Assembly: GCA_030390025.1 (NCBI GenBank)
Contig: CM059432.1
Coordinates: forward strand, 22,880,001 to 22,944,000
Length of the DNA stretch: 64,000 nucleotides
Origin: Squalus acanthias
Lineage: Eukaryota
Reading direction: 5' to 3'
Under the pieces are notes generated by a model. It searched no databases, was not told the origin of the DNA, and saw only the letters and a program-made list of their open reading frames with translations. Both the position numbers and the translations under genes were made by a program. Of the stretch, positions 38,181-51,730 are shown piece by piece (within the stretch, counting starts at the first letter, position 1; the number at the start of each line of letters is the position of its first letter).

Positions 38181-39203
38181 ATTTTTTTATTCGTTCCTGG
38201 GATGTGGGCGTCGCTGGCAAGGCCAGAGCATATTGCCCATCCCTAATTGCCCTTGAGAAGGTGGTGGTGAGCCGCCTTCTTGAACCGCTGCAATCTGTGT
38301 GCTGTTAGGGAGGGAGTTCCAAGATTTTGACCCAGCGACAATGAAAGAACGGCAATATATTTCCAAGTCAGGATGGTGTGTAACTTGGAGGGGAAATTGG
38401 AGGTGATGGTGTTCCCATGCGCCTGCTGCCCTTGTCCTTCTAGGTGGAAGAGGTTGTGGGTTTGGGAGGTGCTGTCGAAAAAGCCTTGGCGAGTTGTTGC
38501 AGTGCATCTTGTAGATCATACATACTGCAGCCACAGTGTGCCGGTGGTGGAGGGAGTGAATGTTTAAGGTGGTGGATGGGGTGCCAATCAAACGGGCTGC
38601 TTTGTCCTGGATGGTGTCGAGCTTCTTGAGTGTTGTTGGAGCTGCACTCATCCAGGCAAGTGGAGAGTATTCCATCACACTTCTGACTTGTGCCTCGTAG
38701 ATGGTGGAAAGGCTTTGGGGAGTTAGGAGGTGAGACACTCGCCGGAGAATACCCAGCCCCTGACCTGCTCTTGTAGCCAGAGTATTTATGTGGCTGGTCC
38801 AGTTAAGTTTCTGATCAATGGTGAGCCCCCACCCCCCCCCACCCAGGATGTTGATGGTGGGGGATTTAGCAATGGTAATGCCATTGAATGTCAAGGGATG
38901 GTGGTTAGATTCTCTCGTGTTGGAGACAGTCATTGCCCGGCACTTGTGTGGCGCAAATATTACTTGCCACTTATCAGCCCAAGCCCAATGTCGTCCAGAT
39001 CTTGTTGCATGCAGGCATGGATCGCTTCATTATCTGAAGTGTTGTGAATGGAACTGAACACTGTGCAATCATCAGCGAACATCCCCACTTCTGACCTTAT
39101 GATGGAGGGAAGGTCATTGATAAAGCAGCTGTATATGGTTGGGCCGAGGACACTGCACAGTAACATAACCACTAGTCCATTAACTTAACCACTATGCTAC
39201 CAT
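38181..39203 (-). mobile_element. 3' half (RT and tail) of the same LINE family in opposite orientation, capped by a short head fragment
   Basis: SVLGPTIYSCFINDL…MFADD; QVRSVMEYSPLAW…SWNSLP; A-rich tail at 38181-38190; head remnant 39160-39203. Confidence 0.85.
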
Positions 39204-39734
39204 CCCCGGTGTAACGGGCAGCCGATCCAATAGCGTCCGTTTTACACTATTTCCAAAAGCTAAAATTACCCCCAGTATTTCTTTCTCTGCTTTTTTTCAA
39301 TAAATGAAAAAAACATAGAGAAAGCTTCCCACCAAGTATAGCCCTGATGTAGAGCGAAGCAGGCGGTACTATGCTTGATTCATGTGTTCTGTTCTGAGTC
39401 AGCTTATCTCAGTTGGGAAAACAATTTGGGACCTGCACTTGGTGCGAGCATTCCTGGGTTAGGGAGGGGATAAGATCAGGATTTGTGCTCCTAATTGCTA
39501 TACAGTAAACACTGCTTGAAGAATTTGTGTGTGGACATTGGGTGAGGACAATATTCAGCTGTAATGTGGTTGAATAACCTGTCTAGGCATGCTCATTGAA
39601 AGTCAAGTTGTACAGCAGATGGAAGTCAGTGAATGGTAATGCAATAATTTATTGGGTGAACTATGGTGTCTTTGAGAAATCTTTAAAAAGCCTGCAATGA
39701 CATATTTCATAAAAAATTTATACCACAGATAATG

Positions 39735-42700
39735 TAATAAGGGCTGGTGTGCGAAAGAGGGGTTCCTTTTCATGGGATATTGGCACCAGTTCTGGGACAG
39801 GAAGGAGCTGTACTGATAGGACGGGCTCCACCTGAACCGGGATGGGACACGTGTCCTAGCGGAAAGGGTAAATAGGGAGGTGGCAAAGGCTTTAAACTAG
39901 TAAGATGGGGGGAGGGATCTACAAGAAACATAACCAGCCTAATTATAAACAAAACAGGAAAAGAGAGCATAGGAAAGAATAAAGTAAGGGAGGACATTGA
40001 TGACAAGGGAATAAATAGAGTTATAGAACAGGAGTCTAAAAAGATGGTTAAATATAAAGTGAGAGGAAATCCTATTAAAAATTAGTTAAACTGTCTGTAC
40101 AGCAATGCACACAGTGTTCGTAATAAAACAGGTGAGCTGGAGACAATCATGCGTTGCAAGGAACCAGACGTAGTAGGGATTACTGAGACATGGCTGCAGA
40201 AAAATTAGGACTGGGGATTAAACATTGCAGGGTATAACATATTTGGAAAAGATAGAGAGGGAAAAAGGGGAGGTGGAGTAGCTGTACTTATTAGGGATAA
40301 CATAATGGTAGTAGAAAAAAGTGACGCAGCGATCAGCCAGACAAAAATAGAATCCATACAGATAGAGATAAAAGATAATAAAGGATCAATCACACTAATA
40401 GGTGTAGTCAACAGACCACCTAATAGTGAAAGGGAGGCGGAGGAAGAAATATGCAGACAAATTAGGGAAATGAGTCAAAAACAGAATAATAAATCATGGG
40501 GGATTTCAACTACCCTGATAATAATTGGACAGAAGAGGTAGGTAAAGGAGATAAGGTAAGGAGTTCCTACAATGTGTACAGGATGCTTTTCTAACCCAAT
40601 TTGTAAAAAGCCCAACAAGGGAGGATTCGCTATTGGATCTAGTAATGAGGAATGAACCAAAGCAGATAAGAGAAGTAAAAGTAGGGGAACATCCAGGAAA
40701 CAGTGAACATAATGGGCCAGAAATTCGGGTCTCCACGGGTGAGTACGCGCAGTGTACTCACCTGTAGACCCAACAAAAGTGCCGGTTTCGCGCCATGCAC
40801 TGCGCATGCGCTGGAAACCGGAACTTCCGTTCCCTTGAAGAAAGGGGTTCGGAAGTCAAACGCGTGCGCCGGAGAGGCAGCGCGTACGCCTGGAACTTCC
40901 ATTTTTTTTCAGGTTTCTCCGTGAGGGTAAGTCCCTAGCAGCTGCGCGTTGAAAAAGCAGGCGCAAGGCCTGCTTTTAACAAGGTAAGTGGTGAATTAAG
41001 TAAAATTTAAACATTTTTTCCACAGGTTTATCTTTTTTAAATACTTTAAAGAAAGGTAAGTTTATTTTTAGTCCCGTTAAAAACTGTAAGTAACTTTTTC
41101 AAAAATTTGAATTTTTGTTTAAAATAGTTAATTTATGTAATTTATAGTTAATTTAAAAATGTGATTTTTTTTTTATTTATTTGAAGTTTTAGTTAGGTTT
41201 TGGGGCCAATCTCTATTCATAGATTTGACAGGTCTTCCTGTCAAATCTATGAATGGAGATTCCCTGCTCCGATTGGCTCTCCATGGCCCACGTGATCCCA
41301 GGGGACGCTTCGAACTAACTGCGCCCCTGGGATATGCAAGCACTGTACACCGGCAGCTGGAGGAGGCCCAGGATCGGAATCCCACGCGGGCCCACAGCAC
41401 AATGGCAGGCGTGCTAGGTAAGTGCAGGTTGGGGGCTTGCACCCGCGGGAAGCCTCCGACCCGAACTTCTGGCCCAATATAATAAACTTTAAGGACATCA
41501 GTATGACGAAAACCAGAGTAATAGATTGGAGAAAAGCTGATTTTGAGGGGTTAAGAATAGAACTTGGGAAAATAAAATGAGCAACAATATTGGCAAACAA
41601 CGATGTAGTACAGCAATGGGAAACATTTAAAATGGTGTTCAACAGAGTGCAGGAACAATATATTCTGCTAAAAGAACAAACTAAACACTAATGAGATTCC
41701 ATGGATGAATAAAGCCATAAGGGTACAACTGAGGGTAAGGAAAGAGGCATACATTAAGTACATAGACAGCAGGGGAGTGCATGATAAGAGATAATACAAA
41801 GAGATTAGGAGAGAAGTCAAAAAACAATTAGGAAGGCAAAGAGGAAATATGAAATTAAATTATCAAGGAACATAAAACAAAATAGTAAAATATTTTACAA
41901 GCACATCAATAAAAAAAGGTTGGGATGGGATTAGGGCCATTAAGGGATAGACAGAATAATCCCACAGGAAACGATAGAGAGATGGCAGAAATATTAAATA
42001 ATTATTTTGCTTCAGTATTTACCAGCGAGATAGAACAGGTGGACATGACATTGGATTAGTAATGAGATAAGTACATTTAAAATAAAAACAGGAGATATAT
42101 TTAATAAACTAATCAAACTCAAAGAGGATAAAACCCCTGATCCGATGAATTGCATTTACGCATTTTAAAATAATCTAGGGAAGAGATAGCAGAGGCATTA
42201 CTACACATATTTAATAATTCGTTAGAAAAAGGTGTAGTGCCAGAGGACTGGTGGATAGCTAACATAATACCGATATTTAAGAAGGGAGATAGAACATGTC
42301 CAGGGAATTATAAACCAGTCAGCTTAACATCGGTGGTAGGAAAAATAATGGAATCCCTACTAAAGGAGAAAATAGAAGAACATCTAGAAACCAAAAATAT
42401 AGCAATGACTAGTCAGCATAGATTTCAAAAGGGAAAGTCTTGCTTGACCAACCTCATTGAATTTTCTGAAGAGGTAACAGAGAGAGTAGACAATGGTAAT
42501 GCAGTAGATGTAATTTATCTAGATTTTCAAAAGGCCTTTGATAAGGTACCCCATAATAGACTGATGAACAAGGTCAGAGAATGCAGAGCCAGGGGACAAG
42601 TAGCTGAATGGATAGCTAGCTGGCTTCAAGACAGAAAGCAGAGAGTAGGGGTAAAAGGTAGCTATTCACAGTGGCAGAAGGTGGGTAGTGGTGTTCCACA

Positions 42701-43697
42701 AGGATCAGTGCTGGGACCACTGCTGTTCACAATTTACATTAATGATTTAGACTTTGGAATCAAAAACACAATTTCTAAATTTGCAGATGACACCAAATTG
42801 GGGGGGATAGTCAATACTGAGGAGGACTGCAACAAATTATGGAAGAACATTAATAAACTTGCAGAATGGGCATATAATTGGCAAATGAAGTTCAACACAG
42901 ATAAATGTGAGGTATTACATTTTGGCAGGAAGTATAGGGAGGTCACTTATTACTTGGAGGGTGCGAGTCTAGGTGGGGTAGAGGAACAAAGGGATCTCGG
43001 AGTACAAATACACAAATCACTAAAAGTTGCGACATAGGTTAGCAAGGCCATAAAAAAAGCAAACCAAGCACTAGAGTTTATTTCTAGAGGTACAGAATTG
43101 AAAAGCAGGGAAGTTATGCTAAACCTGTATCGAACCTTGGTTAGACCACAGTTAGGAGTACTGCGTACAGTACTGGTCGCCATATTATAAAAAGGCACTT
43201 GAGAGCGTGCAGAGAAGATTTACAAGGATGATACCAGAAATGTGAGGGTATACGTATCAGGAAACGATGAACAGGCTGGGTCTCTTTTCTCTTGAAAAAA
43301 GGCTGAGGGGTGACCTAATAGAGGTCTTGAAAATTATGAAAGATTTTGATAGAGTGGATACAGAGAAAATGTTTCCACTTGTGGGGAAGAGCATAACTAG
43401 AGACCATCAATATAAGATAGTCACCAAGAAATCCAATAGGGAATTCAGAAGAAACTTCTTTACCCAAAGAGTGGTGAGAATGTGGAACTCGCTACCAATA
43501 GAAGCAAATAGTATAGATGCATTTAAGGGGAGGCTAGATAAGCATATGAGAGAGAAGGGGATAGAGGGTTATGCTGATAGATTTAGATGAGGAAAGAGGG
43601 GAGGAGGCTCGAGTGGACCATAAATGCCGGCATGGGCTGGTTGGGCCGAATGGCCTGTTTCTGTGCCGTATATCCTATGTAATCCTATGTAATCCTA
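39735..43697 (+). mobile_element. CR1 family B, truncated within ORF1, decayed ORF2, with MITE insertion
   Basis: ORF1 end DGLHLN…KALN*, endonuclease, RT ORF 42237-43037, tail (ATCCTATGTA)n. Confidence 0.92.
40714..41475. mobile_element. Harbinger-like MITE, same family as 23504-24238
   Basis: TIR GGGCCAGAAATTCGGGT / ACCCGAACTTCTGGCCC; TSD AAT. Confidence 0.92.
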
Positions 43698-44384
43698 CTT
43701 CAAGTAGTGAAGAGTCGGAGATCCTGATCTTCCTCCCCAGGACAAAATAGATCTAGAGATAGGAATCAGTAAGGTCCGTTGCTTCAAAGAACAATTACAT
43801 CTCGTTATATTATCATGGTGATTTAAGTTCTTTTTGTTAAATAAATTAAGCCATATTAAGCAGCAACAATTTCTATTCCATGAAGATTAGATCAAAAGTA
43901 TGTGCCTAAGATAAATTCTATTTGAACTAATAAGCTTCAGCCACAGTGGCAAGAAAGTCTAATTTGATATCAACTCATACAAATTAAATATGCTGAGTAC
44001 AATAACACTTCTGGATAAATGTAGAACACTTTAAATTTGTTTTATTAAGCTAAATAATTTTTTTACAGATACATAATATCTCTTATTAAATAGTGTTGCA
44101 GGTTCATATTCTGTAGAGGATGTTTATAACCTAAAGTCTACTGCATCAATAATACATTGAGATTAAACCTGACAGTGGAGTATTAACACTATATAACATG
44201 TTGGTCCTATTATGAGAAAGTCAGAAAGCACATGAAGGACAAAGAGTATCTCAGAGAGAAGCGGACCATCTGTAGCTGAAAGTTAAGAAACCTCAGACAT
44301 CATGTTGAATTCCTGCAGCTGCACATTATAGCCTAGAGACTGTAGAGAAAGAAAAAAATTGCAATTATAGAATGCCTTTCATGA

Positions 44385-44762
44385 CAACAACAACTGTCAA
44401 TTATATAGTGCCTTTAACGTAGTAAAACATCCCAAGGCGCTTCACAGGAGTTATCAAATGAAATTTGACACCCAGCTACATAAGGAGATATTAGGACCAA
44501 AGGTTTGGTCAAAGAGGTAGGTTTAAAGGAGCGTTTTAAAAGAGAGGCGGAGAATTTTATAGAGGGAATTCTAGAGCTTAGGGCCTAGGCAGCTGAAGGC
44601 ATGGCCACCAATGGTGGAACGATGAAAATCGAGTCTTTGCAAGAGGCCAGAATTGGAGGAGTGCAGAGATCTCGGAGGATTGTAGGGCTGGAGAAGGTTG
44701 CAGAGCTAGGGAGAGGCGAGGCCATGGAAGGATTTGAAAGCAAGGATGAGAATTTTAAAATG
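44385..44762 (-). mobile_element. L2 LINE 3' fragment
   Basis: Homologous to 200-600. Confidence 0.85.
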
Positions 44763-45315
44763 ACCTCAGGATGTCCCAAGGTGCTTTACAGCCAATGAAG
44801 TATATTTGAAGTGTAGTCACTGTTGTAACATTGTAATGTAGGAAAGGTGGCAGGCAATTAAAACAGTTACTGAACTTCAAAAGTATTTCATTAGCTGTAA
44901 ACTGCTTTACAACGTCCTGAGGTTGTAAAAGGCGTGATATAAATGCATGTTCTTTCTTTTCTTCTCAAAGCACCAACTGCAGCCCAGCACCAGGCCACGC
45001 TTGTCTTTGCCTGTGGCTCTGAAAGTCACTGTCGCCCAGATTTTTTATGCCTCTGGGGCATTCCAGGCTGCAGCAGGTGACATTAGCAAACTCATTTCCT
45101 CATAAAAAGTTCCTGTTTACAAGTCCTGTTAAATTCCTTAGCGATCCAAGAAAATTTGCAATTTACCATTACTTTTGTCACCGCTTACTAATGAGGGTGT
45201 AGGTTTACCTGTGTTCTTTATGACCTCTAAGTCCTCCATTTTATCAAGGTCTATTTTTAGTATTTTTTTCTTGCAGTGCAAATGGTACTTTGCTGCGATG
45301 TATTGCTGGGGTAAC

Positions 45316-45510
45316 AACAACAGAAAATGCTGGAAACACTCTAGCCGGTCAGGCAGCATCGTGGAGAGAGAGAAACAGAATTAACGTTTCAGGTCGATGA
45401 CCCTTCGTCAGAACTCTGTTTCTCTCTCCACAATGCTGCCCGACTTGCTGAGTGTTTCCAGCATTTTCTGTTGTTGTTTCAGATTTCCAGCATCCGCAGT
45501 ATTGTGCTAT
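45316..45510. mobile_element. Penelope-type hairpin mini-element, about 195 bp
   Basis: About 60-bp inverted arms; 17-bp TSD TGTATT(G/C)CTGGGGTAAC at 45299-45315 and 45511-45527. Confidence 0.85.
45376..45418 (-). ncRNA. Minimal type I hammerhead ribozyme
   Basis: CAGAGUU-CUGACGA-AGGGUCAUCGACCU-GAAA-CG-UU-AAUUCUG: stem I pairs, core is intact, stem II present, palindromic stem III. Confidence 0.72.
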
Positions 45511-45904
45511 TGTATTCCTGGGGTAACTTGTTTAATCATCCTGATCCCGTATTCCCTTGGCAAAAACAGTTAATTTTGAAATAAATTGCTTCATTCTTGC
45601 AGAAATATATTCTGTGCAATATATTATTTTGAGCCTTCACTGCAAGCACCCTTTTTTTTCCATATTGAGGTTCCCACAGGCACTGACACCTGAAAGGTGC
45701 TGTAAATCTGTTAGCACCACTACAAATGACAGTTGCAACACATTTTCCTTTCACTGGTGTGTCTACTTCCAAGTATTCTATCACTTTTATTTTAAACTCC
45801 TAGGCGGTCATTATAACATTGTGGGATAGTGTAACACAGGCAATATTAAATTAGACACCCATTGTATACCACACCTGATTTTCCTTTCCATTGAAGTCAT
45901 GGTT

Positions 45905-48876
45905 TTATGAAAGGAAATCGTGTTTAACAAATTTATTAGCGTTTTTTGAGGATGTAACAAGCAGGGTAGATAAAGGGGAACCAGTGGATGTAGCATATTT
46001 GGATTTCCAAAAGGCATCGAAAAGGTGCCACATAAGAGGTTGCTATGCAAAATAAAGGCTCATGGGGTTGGGGGTAATATTTTAGCATGGATAGAGGATT
46101 GGTTAACGGACAGAAAAGAGAGAGTAGGGATAAACGGGTCATTTTCCAGTTGGCAAGCTGTAACTAGTGGGGGGGCCTCAGCTATTTACAATCTATATTA
46201 ATGACTTAGATGAAGGGACCGAGTGCAATGCATCCAAGTTAGCTGTTGATACAAAGCTAGCTGGGAAAGTAAGCTGTGAGGAGGACACAAAGAGCCTGCA
46301 AAGGGATATAGACCGGTTAACTGACTTGGCCAATAGGATGGCAGATGGAGTATAATGTGGGGAAATGTGAGGTTATTCACTTTGGAAGGAAGAATAGAAA
46401 AATAGAATATTTTTTAAATGGTGAAAAACTATTAAATGTTCGTGTTCAGAGAGATTTGGGTGTCCTCGTACAGGAAACACAGACAGTTAACATGCAGGTA
46501 CAACAAGCACTTAGGAAGGCAAATGGCATGTTGGGTTTATTGCAAGGGGGTTGGAGTACAAGAGTAAGGAAGTCTTACTACAAATGTACAGGGCTTTGGT
46601 GAGACCACACCTGGAATACTGTGCACAGTTTTGGTCTCCTTATCTGAGGAAGGACATACATGCCTTAGAGGCGGTGTAACAAAGGTTCACTAGATTGATC
46701 CCTGGAAATGAGAGGGTTGTCCTATGAGGAGAGATTGCGTAGACTGGGCCTATCCTCCCTTGAAGTTTAGAAGAATGAGAGGTGATCTCATTGAAACATA
46801 TATGATTCTGAGGGGGATTGACAGGGTAGATGCTGAGAGGTTGTTTCCCTGGCTGGAGTGTCTAGAACTAGGGGGCATAGTCTCAGGATAAGGGGTCAGC
46901 CATTTAGGACTGAGATGTGGAGGAATTTCTTTACTCAGATGGTTGTAAATCTTTACAATTCTCTACCCCAGAGGCCAGTGAATGCTAAGTGTTGGGCAGG
47001 ATTTTGCGGGGGATCAGCGGGCGTGATCGGTGGTGGGTCGGTTGGGAAAGTGTTTTTTTTTCACATCGGGTCGGACCCTGTTGTGAACCCACCTCCACGC
47101 ACCTTGACTAAATATTGGGTCTGTCAGCGGTGAGCAGACATGACACGCAGAGGCGGGGGAGGCAATTAAAATCATTAGTCGCTTGTTTACAGCCACTTAA
47201 CAATGGTTTTTGCCGAGCTTTTTGAATTTGACAGGTCACCTACCGGTTTCCTACTGTGCCTAGACCTCATCTGTGAAGCTAAGGCAGGAGGTCATTGGTC
47301 ATTGAATCAGCTGATGAGTTGACAGCTTCAAATGTCAAGTCAAAGCTCCCAGCTGACTGAGAAATGTTCCCTTAACCATTAGCTTCTCTAAACTGCATTT
47401 CCACTACAGATTCAGAATGTGGCAAGTCTTTACACAAGTCTCCATCCAGTCTGACCTCCTTACCTCTCCCACCATTGACAGATCGCTTCTGCCATCTCTA
47501 CTTCACCTACCATCTATTCCATCAGCATGGGTGCCCTTGAAACTCTCTCACCTTGGTCCTCAGAATCCCACCACGATAATTCCCAACACCAGCAACACCA
47601 GGTACACCAGCAGCACCAACAACAACACCAAACTTCTCCGCAATCAACTGATGCTGCACAGGACACAGGACATCAGCACCCGACCACATTGCTGCCCGGG
47701 AGGCCAGAGATGGCCTCATCATGGCCAGATCTACTTCACTTGATGCTGTACACCCTGGCTGCCACATGATGTGCCAGGTTGGCACCACTCAACACCAACA
47801 CCATAAAGTATCACTACAATGCCCAAGCCATTCGTTTCATACTCATCACCATTGCGGGGACTACCGGTACGTCTCACCATTCACTGCAACTCACTGAGCC
47901 ACTTCCAAAGGTGCACACAAATCTGTCCAAGAACACAAAGTGTTGAAAATAAAGGTTTCAATATTTGACACCACGTTACATGAACATTGCATAAAACACT
48001 CAAGTGCCTACCCATGTGTGTTATTAGTTGGTATGATTGGACTAGGATGAGGGTGAGTGTGAGGGGTGGCTAGTGAGATGGGGATGTGTTAATGTAGATA
48101 GAGAGGGATGGGTGGAGGTCCAAGGTAAGTTGGTGTGAGTAAGGATGTGCAGGAGTAGGGTAGGGAAGGCAGAATGATGGTGACGTAATGAGAGGCACAG
48201 CAGGATGAGGTTTCGTGATCTACTGAGATCATTGAAACATTTGCGGCACTGCAGCCTGGTCCTCCTGACGACATTCCTGCTTGTGCCCTCCTCTGCAATG
48301 TGCAACCAGGCTGTGTTGATCTCCTAGGGAGGTCTCTTCTGCCCAGGGGAAGGGAAGAGGACCTCCCTGTGTTCTGTGACTCCCTCCATAAGCATATCGA
48401 GGCAGTCATGGGAGAGCTTGGGTGCAGTGTTTACAGCACCTCAATGCTGTAGAACACTGACAGCACAAATATCAAAAGAAAGTTGGCCATGGTCCCTTTA
48501 AGGAAACCGGCAGATGACGCGTCATCAAATGACGTCACCAGACCCGCTTCCTCTAATTGGCCGGGAAATGCGCTGGGTGGGCTTAACAAGCCCAATCAGG
48601 GGAACTTCATTTCAGAGGCCGGGATGGAGACAGCAGCAGGGCCGGGACCTGCCACCGACGTTGCCCGCCACGGACCCGCTGAGGTTCGTAAAATCCAGCC
48701 AGTAGAGTATATTCAAGGCTGAGATAGGTAGATTTTTAGACTCTAGGGGAATCAAGGGATATGGGGATTGGGCATGAAAGTGGAGTTGAGGTCGAAGATC
48801 AGCCATGATTTTATTGAATTGCAGAGCAGGCTCGAGGGGCCCTCTGGCCTACTCCTGCTCCTAATTCTTATGTTCT
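45905..48876 (+). mobile_element. Decayed CR1 3' half interrupted by a Harbinger derivative
   Basis: RT motifs 45905-46993; tail resumes at about 48702. Confidence 0.85.
46994..48700 (-). mobile_element. Internally deleted Harbinger, copy 2
   Basis: Ends GGGCAGGATTTTGCG / CGTAAAATCCAGCC; Myb remnant RTRLQCRKCFNDLSRS on -. Confidence 0.85.
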
Positions 48877-49524
48877 AATGTAGGGAAAATGGGCAACTAA
48901 TTAAACGTCGCCCATTTTACACCATCACGCAATAAGAAAATTTAGAGATATTTAGTAGACGAGAATCATATACATATAAATTCAAATAATATTACCCATA
49001 ATTACTCCTGGGTAACCAAAAAGCTAAGACTTGTTCAGAATGCAGTTGCGGGGACAGCCAAACGCAGTTTTGACTAAGCTTTGATAACAAGCAGCTACAG
49101 GCTGCAAGTGAAGGTCAAATCATTAAATAACATATTATAATGCTGAATAGAACTTAGAATTCGCTTACCAAAACTAAGTGCAACGATATTTAAAGGATAA
49201 TTAGTATAAGGACATAAAATGAGAGAGATCATGGAAGTTAAGGTATTTATCTGGTAAATTAAAGAGAGATAGTCTGGATACCTCAAGACAAGTGAGACAG
49301 CAGGATGATATGGGCCCTTGGTATAAAGGCCTTGTACCAGGGAGGCAATGAAATGAAAGAGATATGGTAAATTCTAATGGCGTGAAAAACTATAAACAAG
49401 ATAACAAGACAGCAGGATTAGGGTTGACGGAAAAATACTGGAAAGGAGGAATGCTACCTTAGTCTGAGTGACAATGATATTTTGACCATTAGAACCAATT
49501 AAAAAAGATGATTTTGTTAAAGAC

Positions 49525-51189
49525 TGTAAAATTCGCAATTATCGCGATTCGAAATAACGAGATAAAGCAGATTCGTTTCATCAGTTTTATTTCAACGAAA
49601 TGCTGTCATGATTAAACAAGACACAGAAGCCTGTAAAATGGCTGCCGCACCTCGTGGCAGAAGCTTCCAGAATTTTCAGTGGGCAGACAAGATGACGTTC
49701 TAATAAACATTTCAGTATAAGATTGGTTAATACGCAGCAAACACTGATAAAGACAGGATGCAACCTGTCTGCATTCGACACAATAGCAAAGATATAAGTG
49801 CTGGAATCATTTTCCATGCACAAGTAAGGACCATTGTAATGGGCAATCGAAGGCCCATCCAGAGACATCAATACGCAAATTCCCCACGGCTCTACAATGA
49901 GAGAGCCATTCTCGGGTGCTTACACAAGTATTCGGAGGCCCCCAAAACCCCGCCAGGGAGGCTCCTAGCCGGTTCGACAATGGGGAAAACATTAACGGAT
50001 AGTTGGCCAGTTTAAGGTGCTACCGAAACCCATTAAAGGAAAGAATCGCCCCATGCTGGGAGTTTTGTGCACCAGTATTACACAAAGGACAAACATTAAG
50101 ATTTGGGCGGGAGATAAGGGAACACAGCACTATAACTATAATGAACAAACGTCCATCGCTCTCTTATTCCTCTGATCCTCCCGGGGCTTATTCGTTTGAA
50201 CTGACTCCTGACGCGGGCTGAACTTTTATTCTCCTATGTTGGGTGGAGCTCAATTTGGAGCGAGTCGCCTCAACGAAGGCCAGTGACCGGGTGCACCATC
50301 CCGAGGGTCGGTAAACGGTGTTCTGGACCCGAAGGCCCGAAGAGACGAGACGAGATGAGATGAGAAGAGAAGAAGAAGAATCCACGTGCCGCCGCGGTCA
50401 GTAAACCCTGACCGCACCCGTAAATATAAAGACCATTTTTGAACTCTATCAGGTTGCTGCCGAACCAGTGGAAGACTGTCTTTCGAATTCTATCGACAAC
50501 CGGTGTCAATACAGGAAGACTCTTCCTTGAATTTTACCGGCTAACTGGTGTCGGTCCAGAAAGACTTTTCTTTGAATTCTACAGCCGGGCCCGAGCACTG
50601 TCGAGTTCTTCATGACAACGGGGAGCCCAGCCTGCTAGCCGGAGAAGAGAAGATAAACAAGTGGGGTACAGAGACCCCTTCCAACACGTGACAGTCAGGT
50701 GTTGCAGCAAAACAAGCCGAGTGCCTCGTTTAAAATTCTCCGAAGTATCACGAGTGGTGAGCATGTTTCCCCGATCCTGCAAATCTAGATTAGTGTAGGT
50801 ATTGATAGGGGAGGGTGGTTTTATTAAGGATAAATATAATGTGTTCCCCTTTTTACGATGTGCCGTGCGTTCCTCATTACACTAGACCAAGTTTTATGAA
50901 TGTATGTATACTTGTACTGTCATTAATTTGTGCCTATGACATGTACTTCATGATTTTGGATGTTATGCAATAAAGATTTCCATTTCGTACTATTCAACCG
51001 GGTCTATTTGAGTTTTTCTCTGCATTACTGCTCTCGCACCTAAGTCCAGTGTTAGAACCATAAGGGCGAGTGGGTCGAACCACTCACAGGTGCTTATTGC
51101 AACAAGGCTGGCCGGAGACCAGAGCAAGCAATAGTATTAGGCAACGAAAGCCTAACCCCGCACAAGCACCTACGACCGAACCCCTTACA
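49525..51189 (+). mobile_element. Long solo LTR, 1665 bp
   Basis: TGTAAA…CTTACA termini; 4-bp TSD AGAC; TATA-like ATATAAA near 50424; AATAAA near 50969. Confidence 0.85.
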
Positions 51190-51730
51190 AGACCATATAT
51201 GGACACTGGCCAAACAAACTTTTGATATGAAAAGGGTTAAAACCTCGATACTCAAAGAACAACTTCACACAGACGCACTTCGAGAACAAAGGAACAGTCT
51301 TAAGACGATGTCATCTGTGTCTGAGAGGTTCCAGAGACCAAGGACTGCGAGCTACTCGTTAAAACTATTGCCTAATATTAAGTATATTACGCTGTATGCT
51401 TAATAAATCTTGATCTATTGCTCAAACATACTGGCTGCTGCCTATTGGTGTCTTGTCCAAGAACTCAGAGATCATTAAGATCTTACATGACCTTGTGACT
51501 GTTCAAGCTGACACCCATCTGCAGTGTGACATGAATGGAATAATTTCAGGCCACTTTGACTGTGCGCTTGCAAGATTGTTACCTCAAATGAAATCTATAG
51601 CAAGGGAATGGGAAACATTTATGCCCTCTCATCCTGGTCCTCTTAATTGGGGGAGTAGCAGCCGCGTGGCTCACCACAGAACTTCCTGGGAGGAGGAGTA
51701 GGAGGAGGACGAGGGGCACCTTGCATGCCC

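Noticed and set aside
48878..51487. Older LTR hosting the 49525 solo LTR
   Set aside because: There is an AATAAA and a TTACA end near 51487, but I could not find a matching 5' terminus or TSD.
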